Shown here piece by piece: positions 41,205-50,278 of a stretch of DNA of 64,000 bases; position 1 is the first letter of the stretch, and each line of letters begins with the position of its first letter. The notes under the pieces were generated by a model that saw nothing but the letters and a program-made list of their open reading frames with translations, was not told the origin of the DNA and made no database searches. The stretch covers positions 1,312,001-1,376,000 of the forward strand of contig CAXXLL010000002.1 in NCBI GenBank assembly GCA_963662545.2, in the 5' to 3' direction. Source of the DNA: Gammaproteobacteria bacterium. GTDB taxonomy: Bacteria; Pseudomonadota; Gammaproteobacteria; Ga0077536. Position numbers and translations under genes: made by a program.

Positions 41205-42166
41205 GCCGATTTGGCCGCCTGGCGGGCCAGACCGGGGATCTCCGCATCGACGGTCTCGATGTCATCTTGAAACTTGAGCAGAATATTGAGCGTAGAGCGA
41301 ACCAGAGCGGTGTCGAGTTCCTCCGCGTGCAGCAGGACGAGGGTGCGCGCCCAGTCGATGGTTTCGCTGACCGCAGGCACCTTTTTTAAATCGAGTCCGC
41401 GCAGGCTTTGCACGAAAGCGACGAGCTGTGACCGTAGCGATGCCTCCAGTTCGGGTACGCGCGATTCGATGATGCGTTGTTCGAGCTTGCTGTCGGGAAA
41501 CGGAATGTAGAGGTGAATGCAGCGGCGCTTAAGGGCATCGCCGATCTCGCGGGTGTTATTGGAAGTGAGGAAGACGACTGGCGTCGTCACTGCGCGTACG
41601 GTGCCTATTTCAGGAATCGAAATCTGATAGTCCTGTAGTAGTTCCAGTAGAAACGCCTCGAATTCCTGATCGGATTTATCGATTTCGTCGATCAGCAGCA
41701 CCGCGCCGTCCTTCGCCCATAAGGCTTTTAACAGTGGTCGCGGTTCGAGGAATTCTTCGTTAAAAAAGGTGTCGTCGAATTCATGCAGACGTTCGATGGA
41801 TTCCGCGAGGCTTTTCGTCCCGGCCATGAGATCGCCGAGCTTTTCCTTTAGAACCTGCGTGTAGAGCAACTGTTTGCCGTATTTCCATTCGTACAAGGCC
41901 TTGGCTTCATCGAGGCCCTCGTAACACTGTAGGCGGATCAAGGGTTTTTCGAGCAAGCGTGCAGTGGCGTTCGCGAGCTCGGTCTTGCCGACGCCTGGCG
42001 GGCCTTCGACCAGCACGGGTTTCGACAGCGCCTGTGCGAGATAAACCGCGGTCGCGATGCTGTTGCTCGCGATATATCCCGATCGGCCGAATCCGGTTCG
42101 CACGGACTCGATGGCGGCGGCCGCCTGATTGTTTCCCGGTTTGTTCACCTCATTTCCCACTTTCAA
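41201..42166 (-). CDS. MoxR/CoxD family AAA+ ATPase
   Basis: VEGPPGVGKTELA, RLQCYEGLDE, LLIDEIDK, DALKRRC. Confidence 0.93.
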   Translation of the reverse strand: MKVGNEVNKPGNNQAAAAIESVRTGFGRSGYIASNSIATAVYLAQALSKPVLVEGPPGVGKTELANATARLLEKPLIRLQCYEGLDEAKALYEWKYGKQLLYTQVLKEKLGDLMAGTKSLAESIERLHEFDDTFFNEEFLEPRPLLKALWAKDGAVLLIDEIDKSDQEFEAFLLELLQDYQISIPEIGTVRAVTTPVVFLTSNNTREIGDALKRRCIHLYIPFPDSKLEQRIIESRVPELEASLRSQLVAFVQSLRGLDLKKVPAVSETIDWARTLVLLHAEELDTALVRSTLNILLKFQDDIETVDAEIPGLARQAAKSA

Positions 42167-42395
42167 TGCCGTAAGATGGCGCCCGAGCGTCCTCTAGAGC
42201 TCTACGCTCGGTGTTATACGGGTTCCGATCATAACCTCATGCTCATCGGCTTGCTGCGGCGGAACAAAACTGAAGCCGGCAGTAGTCGACACGGTTTGTA
42301 TGATGTGGCAATGAACTTGGAGTAGAGCCCGGCACTCATCGCCGCGCTGAGATCTACGAGAATAGGTGGTTTGATCGAAAGCATCGAGGGATCCG

Positions 42396-43049
42396 ATGGG
42401 ATTCAGCGCAATACTATGGGATTTCGGCGGCGTTATTACGACCTCGCCTTTCGACGCCTTTAACCGGTTTGAGGCCGAACGCGGTATTCCGCGCGATTTC
42501 ATCCGCAGCGTAAACGCGCGAAATCACGAAACCAACGCATGGGCGCAGTTCGAGTCGAGCCGTATCACGGTTGACGAATTTGACGAACTGTTCGCCGCCG
42601 AAACAGCGGCAGCCGGATACCCAGTCAAGGGACGCGAGGTCATCGGGCTCCTGGACGGTGACCTTCGACCGAGAATGGTCGCGGTGCTCGAGCAATGTAA
42701 ACGCGACTACAAGATCGCGTGTCTGACCAACAACGCCGACGCGGGGAAAGGTGCGGGCATGTCGAGCTCGAGCGACCAAGCCGAACACGTCAAGGCAGTG
42801 ATGCGGCTGTTCGACCTGATCATCGAATCGAGTAAGGAGGGAATTCGCAAACCGGATCCAAGGATCTATGCTTTGGTCTGCGAGCGTCTGGAAGTAGACC
42901 CGGACGAAATTGTCTTTCTCGACGATCTGGGGATCAATCTCAAGCCGGCCCGGGAGATAGGCATGACGACGATCAAGGTGGTTTCGGAAGCGCAGGCGAT
43001 AGCCGATCTCGAAAACGTACTAGGCGCCTCCTTCTCTGCCGCGTCATGA
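42396..43049 (+). CDS. HAD-IA family hydrolase
   Basis: WDFGGV, LTNN, RKPDPRIY, FLDDLGINL. Confidence 0.9.
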   Translation: MGFSAILWDFGGVITTSPFDAFNRFEAERGIPRDFIRSVNARNHETNAWAQFESSRITVDEFDELFAAETAAAGYPVKGREVIGLLDGDLRPRMVAVLEQCKRDYKIACLTNNADAGKGAGMSSSSDQAEHVKAVMRLFDLIIESSKEGIRKPDPRIYALVCERLEVDPDEIVFLDDLGINLKPAREIGMTTIKVVSEAQAIADLENVLGASFSAAS

Positions 43050-43134
43050 CACCCCCTTCACCGGGTTCTGATGCCGGCCGGCGGGGTTTCTCCTAACAGC
43101 GTCTTACGAACTTGTTTTTAAAGGGGAGAAAATC

Positions 43135-44151
43135 ATGAAGATCGACTCACTCATGCCGCCGGCCGCGCCGGCGAAAATCGCCGCTCAGGCCAGGGCATTC
43201 GAAGCACAGGGGTTTGACTGCGCATGGACCTTCGAAGCGATGAGCGACGCCTTCCTACCGTTGGCGCATGCCGCCGCGGCGACCGAGCGCCTCGAGATAG
43301 GAACCAACATCGCCGTCGCATTTGCGCGATCACCATTCTCGATGGCACAGATAGCATGGGATCTGCAGCGGGATTCGGGCGGCCGTTTCAGGCTGGGCCT
43401 CGGCACCCAGGTACGCCCGCATATCGAGCGACGGTTCTCCATGCCTTTCGATCATCCGGCCGCGCGCGTTACCGATTACGTTCGTTGCATACGCGCCATC
43501 TGGGATACCTTCCAGAACGGTTCTAAACCTGCCTACGAAGGTCCGTTTTACCGTTTCAAGCTGATGAACCCCTTCTTTCAACCGGGTCCCGTCGAACACC
43601 CGGATATTCCTGTTTATCTCGCCGGTGTAAATCCACGCATGTGCCGTGCGGCGGGCGAGGTGGCCGACGGCTTTCACGTGCATCCTATGCATTCGGCAGC
43701 TTATCTGACCGATATCGTAAAACCGGCCTTGAGCGAAGGAGCGAAGATCAGCGGACGCGACCTCGACGATCTCGAACTCTATTCTCCGGTGTTCGTCATT
43801 ACCGGAGAGACACAGGAGGAGACGGACGCGATGGAACAAACCGTGCGCCAACAGCTTGCGTTCTACGGATCGACGCCGAGCTATGCCGCGGTACTCGAGT
43901 ATCACGGTCAGGGCGAGCTTTCGAAGAAACTGAACAAGCTCATGCGCGAAGGCGACATGGACGCGATGCGCTCGGCCGTACCCGAATCGCTAATCGAACA
44001 CATCGCGATCATCGCCAAGCCCAGTGACGTCGGGTCACGGATTCGGGAACGCTACGAAGGCATTCTTGATCGCGTTTCCTTGTACATGGCGATGGGGGGC
44101 GACGGCGAGTTCAACTGTTGGAACGAGTTGGTTGAGGCAATCCACGCGTAA
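43135..44151 (+). CDS. LLM class, probably F420-dependent, oxidoreductase (TIGR03617-like)
   Basis: IAVAFARSP, GRFRLGLGTQV..HIERRF, FYGSTPSY. Confidence 0.85.
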   Translation: MKIDSLMPPAAPAKIAAQARAFEAQGFDCAWTFEAMSDAFLPLAHAAAATERLEIGTNIAVAFARSPFSMAQIAWDLQRDSGGRFRLGLGTQVRPHIERRFSMPFDHPAARVTDYVRCIRAIWDTFQNGSKPAYEGPFYRFKLMNPFFQPGPVEHPDIPVYLAGVNPRMCRAAGEVADGFHVHPMHSAAYLTDIVKPALSEGAKISGRDLDDLELYSPVFVITGETQEETDAMEQTVRQQLAFYGSTPSYAAVLEYHGQGELSKKLNKLMREGDMDAMRSAVPESLIEHIAIIAKPSDVGSRIRERYEGILDRVSLYMAMGGDGEFNCWNELVEAIHA

Positions 44152-44271
44152 TAGAAATCGTATGGGCATGCGCCGGATCGAAACCGGTTAAATGGTTCCG
44201 GAAACCGCGCGGCGGCGTCTCGGGATAGAATGCGTAGGCGCTAACATCGCGTGTAAGGACTTCAAGCCCGC

Positions 44272-45684
44272 ATGAACATGCTGCACGCCACGACTCGGTT
44301 GCAACGGCGTGTACTAGCGATGGTCGGCGCCAACGCATTTGCGAACGCGCTGCTCGTCTCAACCGTCAACATCGCGCTGCCGGCTATCGCCTCCGATCTC
44401 GCGATCGACGCGACCCTCCTGAACTGGATCCCACTGGTTTTTCTCGCCGCATCTGCGATATTCATCCTGCCGTTTGCGCGTCTGGCCGATCGGCTTGGAC
44501 GCAAACGGGTTTGCCTCGCCGGCATTGTCGGCGTGATGATTGCGTCGACCCTGGCAGCGATTTCATGGTCCGCCGAGATGTTGCTAAGCATGCGCCTGCT
44601 GCAGGGGATCTGCGCGGCCGGCGGCTTTGTTACGGTCATTTCGATCGTCTCCTCGGCGCTGCCGATCCACGTGCGCGGGCGAGGATTCGGCGTCATCGCG
44701 TCGACGATGTATCTCGGTTTGACGCTCGGGCCGCTGCTCGGCGGTTTCGTAGTCGATCATTACGGCTGGCGCTGGACGTTTCTCATCCAGATACCGTTCT
44801 CGGCGATTGCGCTCGGCATCGGCTGGTTTCGCATCAGCGATGAATGGTTTGGCTCGGCCTACGGATCTTTCGATTTCGCCGGTGCGTTCATTTATGGCGT
44901 GGCAATCTTTGCGCTCGCCTATGGCGTCGCATTCTTACCATCCGTCGCGGGCCTGGCATCGATCGCTTTCAGTCTCGCCGCCGTCGCGGGTTTTCTCGCG
45001 TTGGAGATGCGACTCAAAGAACCGCTGCTCAACGTGCGCCTGTTTCAAACCCATCTGACCTTTGCCTATTCCTGCGCCGCGGCCTTTCTGATGTACGCGG
45101 CGACTTTTTCCAACGTCGTTCTGATGAGCCTCTACCTACAGTATCTAAAGGGGATGAGCGCCCAGGTGGCAGGGCTGGTCATGACCGCGCAGCCGCTAGC
45201 GATCGCGATAGGGGCTCCGATCGCGGGACGCCTGTCCGACCGTTTCGAGCCACGTTTCGTGGCATCCGCGGGTATCGCCTTGACCGGTCTGGGCCTCGTC
45301 ATGCTGGCTCTGATTGGACCCAGGACCGAGCTCGCGTACATCGTTGCCAGCCTCGTGGTCTCGGGCATAGGCTTCGCCCTGTTTGCGCCCGTCAACGCCA
45401 ATGCGGTGATGAGTTCGGTGGAACCTGCGCATTATGGTACGGCGTCCGGCGCGCACGCGAGCATGCGTGTGATCGGTCAGATGATCTCGATGATCATCGT
45501 AACCTTGATCTTCGCGCTGGTCATCGGACGGGTGCAGATCACGCCCGCGAATTACGCTGCGCTCGGCCAGAGCATCAGCCTGAGTTTCGGGGTCATGGCG
45601 CTATTGTGCATCCCCGCCGGCTACTTCTCGTTCAATCGGGGTAACATTCGGAATCGCGGTGGCGACACATCATCGATCACCTAA
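44272..45684 (+). CDS. MFS transporter (14-TM, DHA2-like)
   Basis: VNIALP.IA, ARLADRLGRKR, GRLSDRFEPR. Confidence 0.92.
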   Translation: MNMLHATTRLQRRVLAMVGANAFANALLVSTVNIALPAIASDLAIDATLLNWIPLVFLAASAIFILPFARLADRLGRKRVCLAGIVGVMIASTLAAISWSAEMLLSMRLLQGICAAGGFVTVISIVSSALPIHVRGRGFGVIASTMYLGLTLGPLLGGFVVDHYGWRWTFLIQIPFSAIALGIGWFRISDEWFGSAYGSFDFAGAFIYGVAIFALAYGVAFLPSVAGLASIAFSLAAVAGFLALEMRLKEPLLNVRLFQTHLTFAYSCAAAFLMYAATFSNVVLMSLYLQYLKGMSAQVAGLVMTAQPLAIAIGAPIAGRLSDRFEPRFVASAGIALTGLGLVMLALIGPRTELAYIVASLVVSGIGFALFAPVNANAVMSSVEPAHYGTASGAHASMRVIGQMISMIIVTLIFALVIGRVQITPANYAALGQSISLSFGVMALLCIPAGYFSFNRGNIRNRGGDTSSIT

Positions 45685-45842
45685 GGAACCTCTGAATAAG
45701 TCATGGCCCATCTGCCTGGCCCATGAAATCGCGGAGTCTTAACCGACCAACCTTGCCCATAGTCCCCGCCCGGCGATTGGTGCCTTGATCTGCACCATTG
45801 CATGAACCATTCAGACGCACCATGATTTATTCAGAGGTTCCC
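45684..45842. mobile_element. MITE family A copy 2 (opposite orientation), at the MFS TAA stop
   Basis: GGAACCTCTGAATAAGTCATGG...CCATGATTTATTCAGAGGTTCC flanked by TA. Confidence 0.85.
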
Positions 45843-45856
45843 TAACCAGCGCAAAT

Positions 45857-46426
45857 ATGAGCGATATTTTCGAATCGAAAATCTTCGAACAACGATCCGA
45901 ATGGGTCGAACTATTCGCCGATTCGCGCTTTCGGCAACGATATCGCCTGGTCGGCCCTCGGCTGTTCACCGAAACCGTGGCATCGGTGAACGCGGATATC
46001 AGTGAGGTATGCAGCGCGTTACGAGGGCGGTGGGAGTGGTGGCGTCATGGCCGTTATGACGGCCGTGAGCGGCATGGCGATGGCACGATTCATTACGAAT
46101 TTTGGCCGACAGGATCTGGGATATGTGTGCACGAGGCGATGCATGAAGCACTCGATCTCGGGGGCGGCTCGTTACGATTGCGCATCGACTTGAGCGGCCA
46201 TGCCAACGGCATTGCGTATATCGATCTGACGCCCGCGGCCAAAGGTGCCGTAATGACCGGCCGTTTCGCCGGCGTCACGATCGCGGGTTTACTACCCCGA
46301 CTAATGGGTAGGAGACGCTTCGCCGTCAATCACCTTCTCGCCGAGCGCGGCGCGCTCGGCTTTCCCTTTCGCAGGGGGACCGGATGGGTGGGCTTGATCG
46401 AACAGTTGGAAAAGAGTCGGGCGTAG
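45857..46426 (+). CDS. Hypothetical protein
   Basis: 189-aa ORF filling the gap; no recognised motif. Confidence 0.55.
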   Translation: MSDIFESKIFEQRSEWVELFADSRFRQRYRLVGPRLFTETVASVNADISEVCSALRGRWEWWRHGRYDGRERHGDGTIHYEFWPTGSGICVHEAMHEALDLGGGSLRLRIDLSGHANGIAYIDLTPAAKGAVMTGRFAGVTIAGLLPRLMGRRRFAVNHLLAERGALGFPFRRGTGWVGLIEQLEKSRA

Positions 46427-46493
46427 TCCCGGCTTATTCGATCGGGCACCTCGCGCGGCCGCTCGGAAGTGAGGGCCTGGCGACCACGCTGCT

Positions 46494-46883
46494 TCAGAGG
46501 ACGAGTTCGATCACCGCGCGCCGCTGGTAACGGCCCGACAGCCGTGCAAAGAAATCGCCCAAGCGCATCTGCCATCCATATTTGCGCCGCAAGGCGGCGT
46601 AGACTTCTTCCTTTAATTGCGCATCTTGAATCAATCGGGCGCGTGCATCGATCCCGTCTCCACGGATTCTACCGCGCAGGTCGCAGGCCGCCAGATGCGC
46701 ACGGCCGTTTGCCCGTATGCGCTTTACTTTGCCCGCCTGTCCGGCACTAAAGCAGTAATAATGCGTACTCAATTGCGCGATCCATACGGGCGTGCGGACT
46801 TCACGCCCATCACGGCGATAGGTCGCAAGGCTGACGTAGGCTTCGTCTGCGGGTTCGAAGGGCAGCGTGGGCAGAGCGTTCAT
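46494..46883 (-). CDS. PPOX class, probably F420-dependent, oxidoreductase
   Basis: YVSLATYRRDG..V.TPVW, GKVKRIR.N, CD.RG. Confidence 0.85.
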   Translation of the reverse strand: MNALPTLPFEPADEAYVSLATYRRDGREVRTPVWIAQLSTHYYCFSAGQAGKVKRIRANGRAHLAACDLRGRIRGDGIDARARLIQDAQLKEEVYAALRRKYGWQMRLGDFFARLSGRYQRRAVIELVL

Positions 46884-46970
46884 TCAGCGGAACCTGTAAT
46901 CGTCGGCGCCTTTCTTTTTGATGGCGTTCGTTTCATCGTTTCCTTTCGCTCGCCCGCGATATTCGCCGGC

Positions 46971-47861
46971 CTACCGGTTCTCGACAATCACGCCGCGCAG
47001 CCACTGGTTGGCACTGTCAGAGTCGGTGCTCTTGTGCCAGCAAGCATAGATTTCCGCCGGGGGGATGTCGAAGGGTAACTTCAATACGTTGAGATCGTAG
47101 GCTTCAGCAAGCGAGCGCGGGATGCTGGCGAGGAGGTTGGTCTTTGCCACAATGTGAGGGAGTCCGAGGTGATGCTGGGTTCGCGCGGCGATCGTGCGCT
47201 GTTTTCCTAGACGACGCAGCGCGAGGTCAACTTGGCCGAGTCCACGCCGACGGCTGGAAGCGTGGGCGTGTCCCATCGACAGGTACTGCTTTAGCGTGAT
47301 TCGGCGGCGAATGACCGGGTGGTCACGGCGTACGGCACAAACGTAGGGGTCTTCCATGACTTTTAGTGAAATGATCTGTGGATCGGATAAGGGTAGGGCG
47401 TCCAGTGCGAGGTCGACCTGACCGGAGGCGAGGTCATGCACCATGGACGAGCGCTCCAGCTGGATGATCTCGGTCGACACGCCCGGGGCGAGAGCACCGA
47501 CACTTGCCAACACTTTCGGCATCAGCAGTGCCACGTTGAGATCGCCAGCGAGTATGCGAAACCGGCGATCGGAATTTTGAGCATCGAACACGTCGGCCGT
47601 TTCGATGCTTTCAGTGAGTAGTCGCAGCGCCTTGCGCACGTCGCCGGCTATCGTCGCCGCTAGGGGTGTCGGCGTCATGCCGCTAGCGTTACGCACGAAC
47701 AAGGGGTCGCCGTAGGTACCGCGCAAGCGGGCGAGGGCATTGCTGACCGCCGGCTGGGTCATGTGCAGTACTTCGCCGGCGCGCGTGAGGCTGCCCTCCT
47801 CGTGAATTGCGTGGAAGATGCGAAAGAGATTGAGGTCGATATGTCTGCGGTCCATGGTCAT
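46971..47861 (-). CDS. LysR family transcriptional regulator
   Basis: IDLNLFRIF...SLTRAGEVLHMTQPAVSNALARLR. Confidence 0.95.
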   Translation of the reverse strand: MTMDRRHIDLNLFRIFHAIHEEGSLTRAGEVLHMTQPAVSNALARLRGTYGDPLFVRNASGMTPTPLAATIAGDVRKALRLLTESIETADVFDAQNSDRRFRILAGDLNVALLMPKVLASVGALAPGVSTEIIQLERSSMVHDLASGQVDLALDALPLSDPQIISLKVMEDPYVCAVRRDHPVIRRRITLKQYLSMGHAHASSRRRGLGQVDLALRRLGKQRTIAARTQHHLGLPHIVAKTNLLASIPRSLAEAYDLNVLKLPFDIPPAEIYACWHKSTDSDSANQWLRGVIVENR

Positions 47862-48011
47862 ATCCTCATCACCCTAGGCGCGCCGGGTCGCGTCCGGGAA
47901 ATTCGATCACTATCATTTTAATCTATATTTATATATCACTAATATAAATTATCGTAATTATATAATTCCTACTAGCATCGCTCCATCAGAAACCGGATCT
48001 GGGGCCCCATC

Positions 48012-49208
48012 ATGCTTGATTTTCAACCGTCTGAAGAAATTCTAGAGGTCACCGCGCGCATGCGTGAATTCGTCGATCGAGAGCTGCTGCCGCTGGAGCC
48101 AAAGATGATGGAGGAAGGGTTCGGCGCGGTCCTGCCCGAACTCGAGGGAAAGCGCGACCAGGTCAAGGCGCTTGGACTTTGGGCGCCCAACCATCCGCAG
48201 GAGTACGGCGGCATGGGACTGGACCTGGTCGACCATGGCCTGGTTTCGGAGGTCCTGGGCCGTACGCCCATGGGTCATTACACCTTCGGTTGCAATGCGC
48301 CGGATGCCGGTAATATCGAAACAGTGCAACTGTTCGGAACCGCGGAACAAAAAGCGGCATGGCTGCCACGCATGGTGGGGGGTGAGCGCACCTGTTTCAT
48401 CATGACTGAACGCGATAACTCCGGCGCGAACCCGCTATTCCTCGAGACCACTGCCGTACGCGACGGCGACGAGTGGGTCATCAATGGCTCCAAGTGGTTC
48501 ATTACCGGTGCCGAGGGCGCGATGATGGGCCTTGCGATGGTCACGACCGACGCGGACGCCGCACCGCACGATCGTCAGAGCATCATCATCGTGCCGTCTG
48601 AAACGCCGGGGTATGTCGTCGAGAAGAGCACCCCGATCATGGGTCATCCGGGCGCCAGCATCATGGGGCACTGTGAAGTCCGATTTGACGACTGCCGTGT
48701 ACCGTTGACCCATCTGCTGGGTGAAGAGGGTCAGGCGTTTCGCATGGCGCAAGCACGGCTCGGGCCGGGCCGCATCCATCACTGCATGCGCTGGCTCGGC
48801 ATTTGTTCGCGCTCGCTGGATATGATGGTGGAGCGCGCCGCGAGCCGCGTCATCGGTGCCAACGATCGCCGGCTGGCCGACAGCGATATGATCAAGGGCT
48901 GGATCGCCGAATGCGCTGCCGAGATCGACGCGTCGCGCTGGCTTACCCTGTACTGCGCCTGGCGCATCGAGAAGGTCGGCACTAAAGAGGCGCGCAACGA
49001 CATTTCCAAGATCAAATATCATGTGGCGGATGTGCTCATGAAAGTGGTCGACCGGGCGATCCAGGTCCACGGCGCGCTCGGGATCACCGATTACACGGTG
49101 CTCAGTCATTTTTATCGCGAGGATCGTGGATCCCGCATTTACGATGGGCCCGACGAGGTGCACAAGCTGGCCGTGGCGCGGCGGATCCTTAAAGATCAGG
49201 CGGCCTGA
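48012..49208 (+). CDS. Acyl-CoA dehydrogenase
   Basis: CNAPDAGN, INGSKWFITGA, AQARLGPGRIHHCMR, RIYDGPDEVH. Confidence 0.95.
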   Translation: MLDFQPSEEILEVTARMREFVDRELLPLEPKMMEEGFGAVLPELEGKRDQVKALGLWAPNHPQEYGGMGLDLVDHGLVSEVLGRTPMGHYTFGCNAPDAGNIETVQLFGTAEQKAAWLPRMVGGERTCFIMTERDNSGANPLFLETTAVRDGDEWVINGSKWFITGAEGAMMGLAMVTTDADAAPHDRQSIIIVPSETPGYVVEKSTPIMGHPGASIMGHCEVRFDDCRVPLTHLLGEEGQAFRMAQARLGPGRIHHCMRWLGICSRSLDMMVERAASRVIGANDRRLADSDMIKGWIAECAAEIDASRWLTLYCAWRIEKVGTKEARNDISKIKYHVADVLMKVVDRAIQVHGALGITDYTVLSHFYREDRGSRIYDGPDEVHKLAVARRILKDQAA

Positions 49209-49246
49209 AGACCGGCTAACCAGCGACATAAATGAGGGGAAATCGG

Positions 49247-50011
49247 ATGGCGCGGGATCATTTTGACCTCAGCGGTAAGATCGCCGTGGTCGCCGGCGCG
49301 AGCCGCGGCATCGGTGCCGAGATAGCGAAGATCCTCGGAGAATACGGTGCTCACGTCATCGCCTGCAGCCGGGATGCGGCACGTTGCAGTGAAACAGTCG
49401 AGGCGATCGCGGCGGCGGGTGGCAGCGCCGAAGCGCAGACCTGCCATATCGGCAAGCTCGATCAGATCGAAGCCCTGTTCGATATCATCGACGCGACCCA
49501 CGGCCGCGTCGATATCCTGGTCAATAACGCGGCCGCAAATCCGTATTACGGGCATATCCTCGATACCGACGTCGGTGCCTTCGAGAAAACGCTGGAAATT
49601 AACCTGCGAGGATTCTTTTTCATGTCGACCGCCGCCGGCCGGCGCATGAGGGCCCAGGGTGGCGGTGCTATCGTCAACGTGGCTTCGGCCGCGGGACTTT
49701 CGCCAGGCGACAAGCAAGGCGTCTATTCGATCACCAAGGCGGGCATCGTCAACATGAGCAAGGCCTTCGCACGCGAGTGCGGGCCGCTCGGTATTCGTGT
49801 CAATACCTTGGTCCCGGGTCTGACACGCACGCGGTTCGCACAGGCCCTCCACGACGATGAGGAATTCATGGCCGCGATGATGCCGCACACGCCGCTTGCC
49901 CGCGGCGCGCAACCACAAGAGATGGCCGCCGCCGTGCTATACCTGGTATCGGACGCGGCGTCCTATACCACCGGCAGCTCGATCGTCGTCGACGGCGGTT
50001 ATCTTGCTTGA
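49247..50011 (+). CDS. Short-chain dehydrogenase/reductase
   Basis: GASRGIG, NNAA.NP, YSITK, VDGG. Confidence 0.94.
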   Translation: MARDHFDLSGKIAVVAGASRGIGAEIAKILGEYGAHVIACSRDAARCSETVEAIAAAGGSAEAQTCHIGKLDQIEALFDIIDATHGRVDILVNNAAANPYYGHILDTDVGAFEKTLEINLRGFFFMSTAAGRRMRAQGGGAIVNVASAAGLSPGDKQGVYSITKAGIVNMSKAFARECGPLGIRVNTLVPGLTRTRFAQALHDDEEFMAAMMPHTPLARGAQPQEMAAAVLYLVSDAASYTTGSSIVVDGGYLA

Positions 50012-50026
50012 ATCAAGGATGTAATA

Positions 50027-50227
50027 AGGGGACATTCGTCTTTATTCCGAGTGAATAAAGGAACCTCTGAATAAGTCATGGTGCGTGTGAATCGTGCAGA
50101 TCAAGGCACGAATCGCAGGCAATAGCGGTGCCTATTGGCAAGATTCGTAACGCCGATCTGCTCGATTTCAGGCGCGAGGCAGGTGTGCCATGACTTATTT
50201 AGAGGTTCCTAAAGACGAATGTCCCCT
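50027..50227. repeat. REP-like hairpin GGGGACATTCGTCTTTATTC...AAAGACGAATGTCCCC interrupted by a MITE
   Basis: The two arms flank MITE A copy 3. Confidence 0.8.
50059..50210. mobile_element. MITE family A copy 3
   Basis: AGGAACCTCTGAATAAGTCATGG...CCATGACTTATTTAGAGGTTCCT. Confidence 0.85.
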
Positions 50228-50278
50228 ATATTGCGACCGGTGCGCAACGATTAAGCATCGCTATCGATTCCTCCGCTC

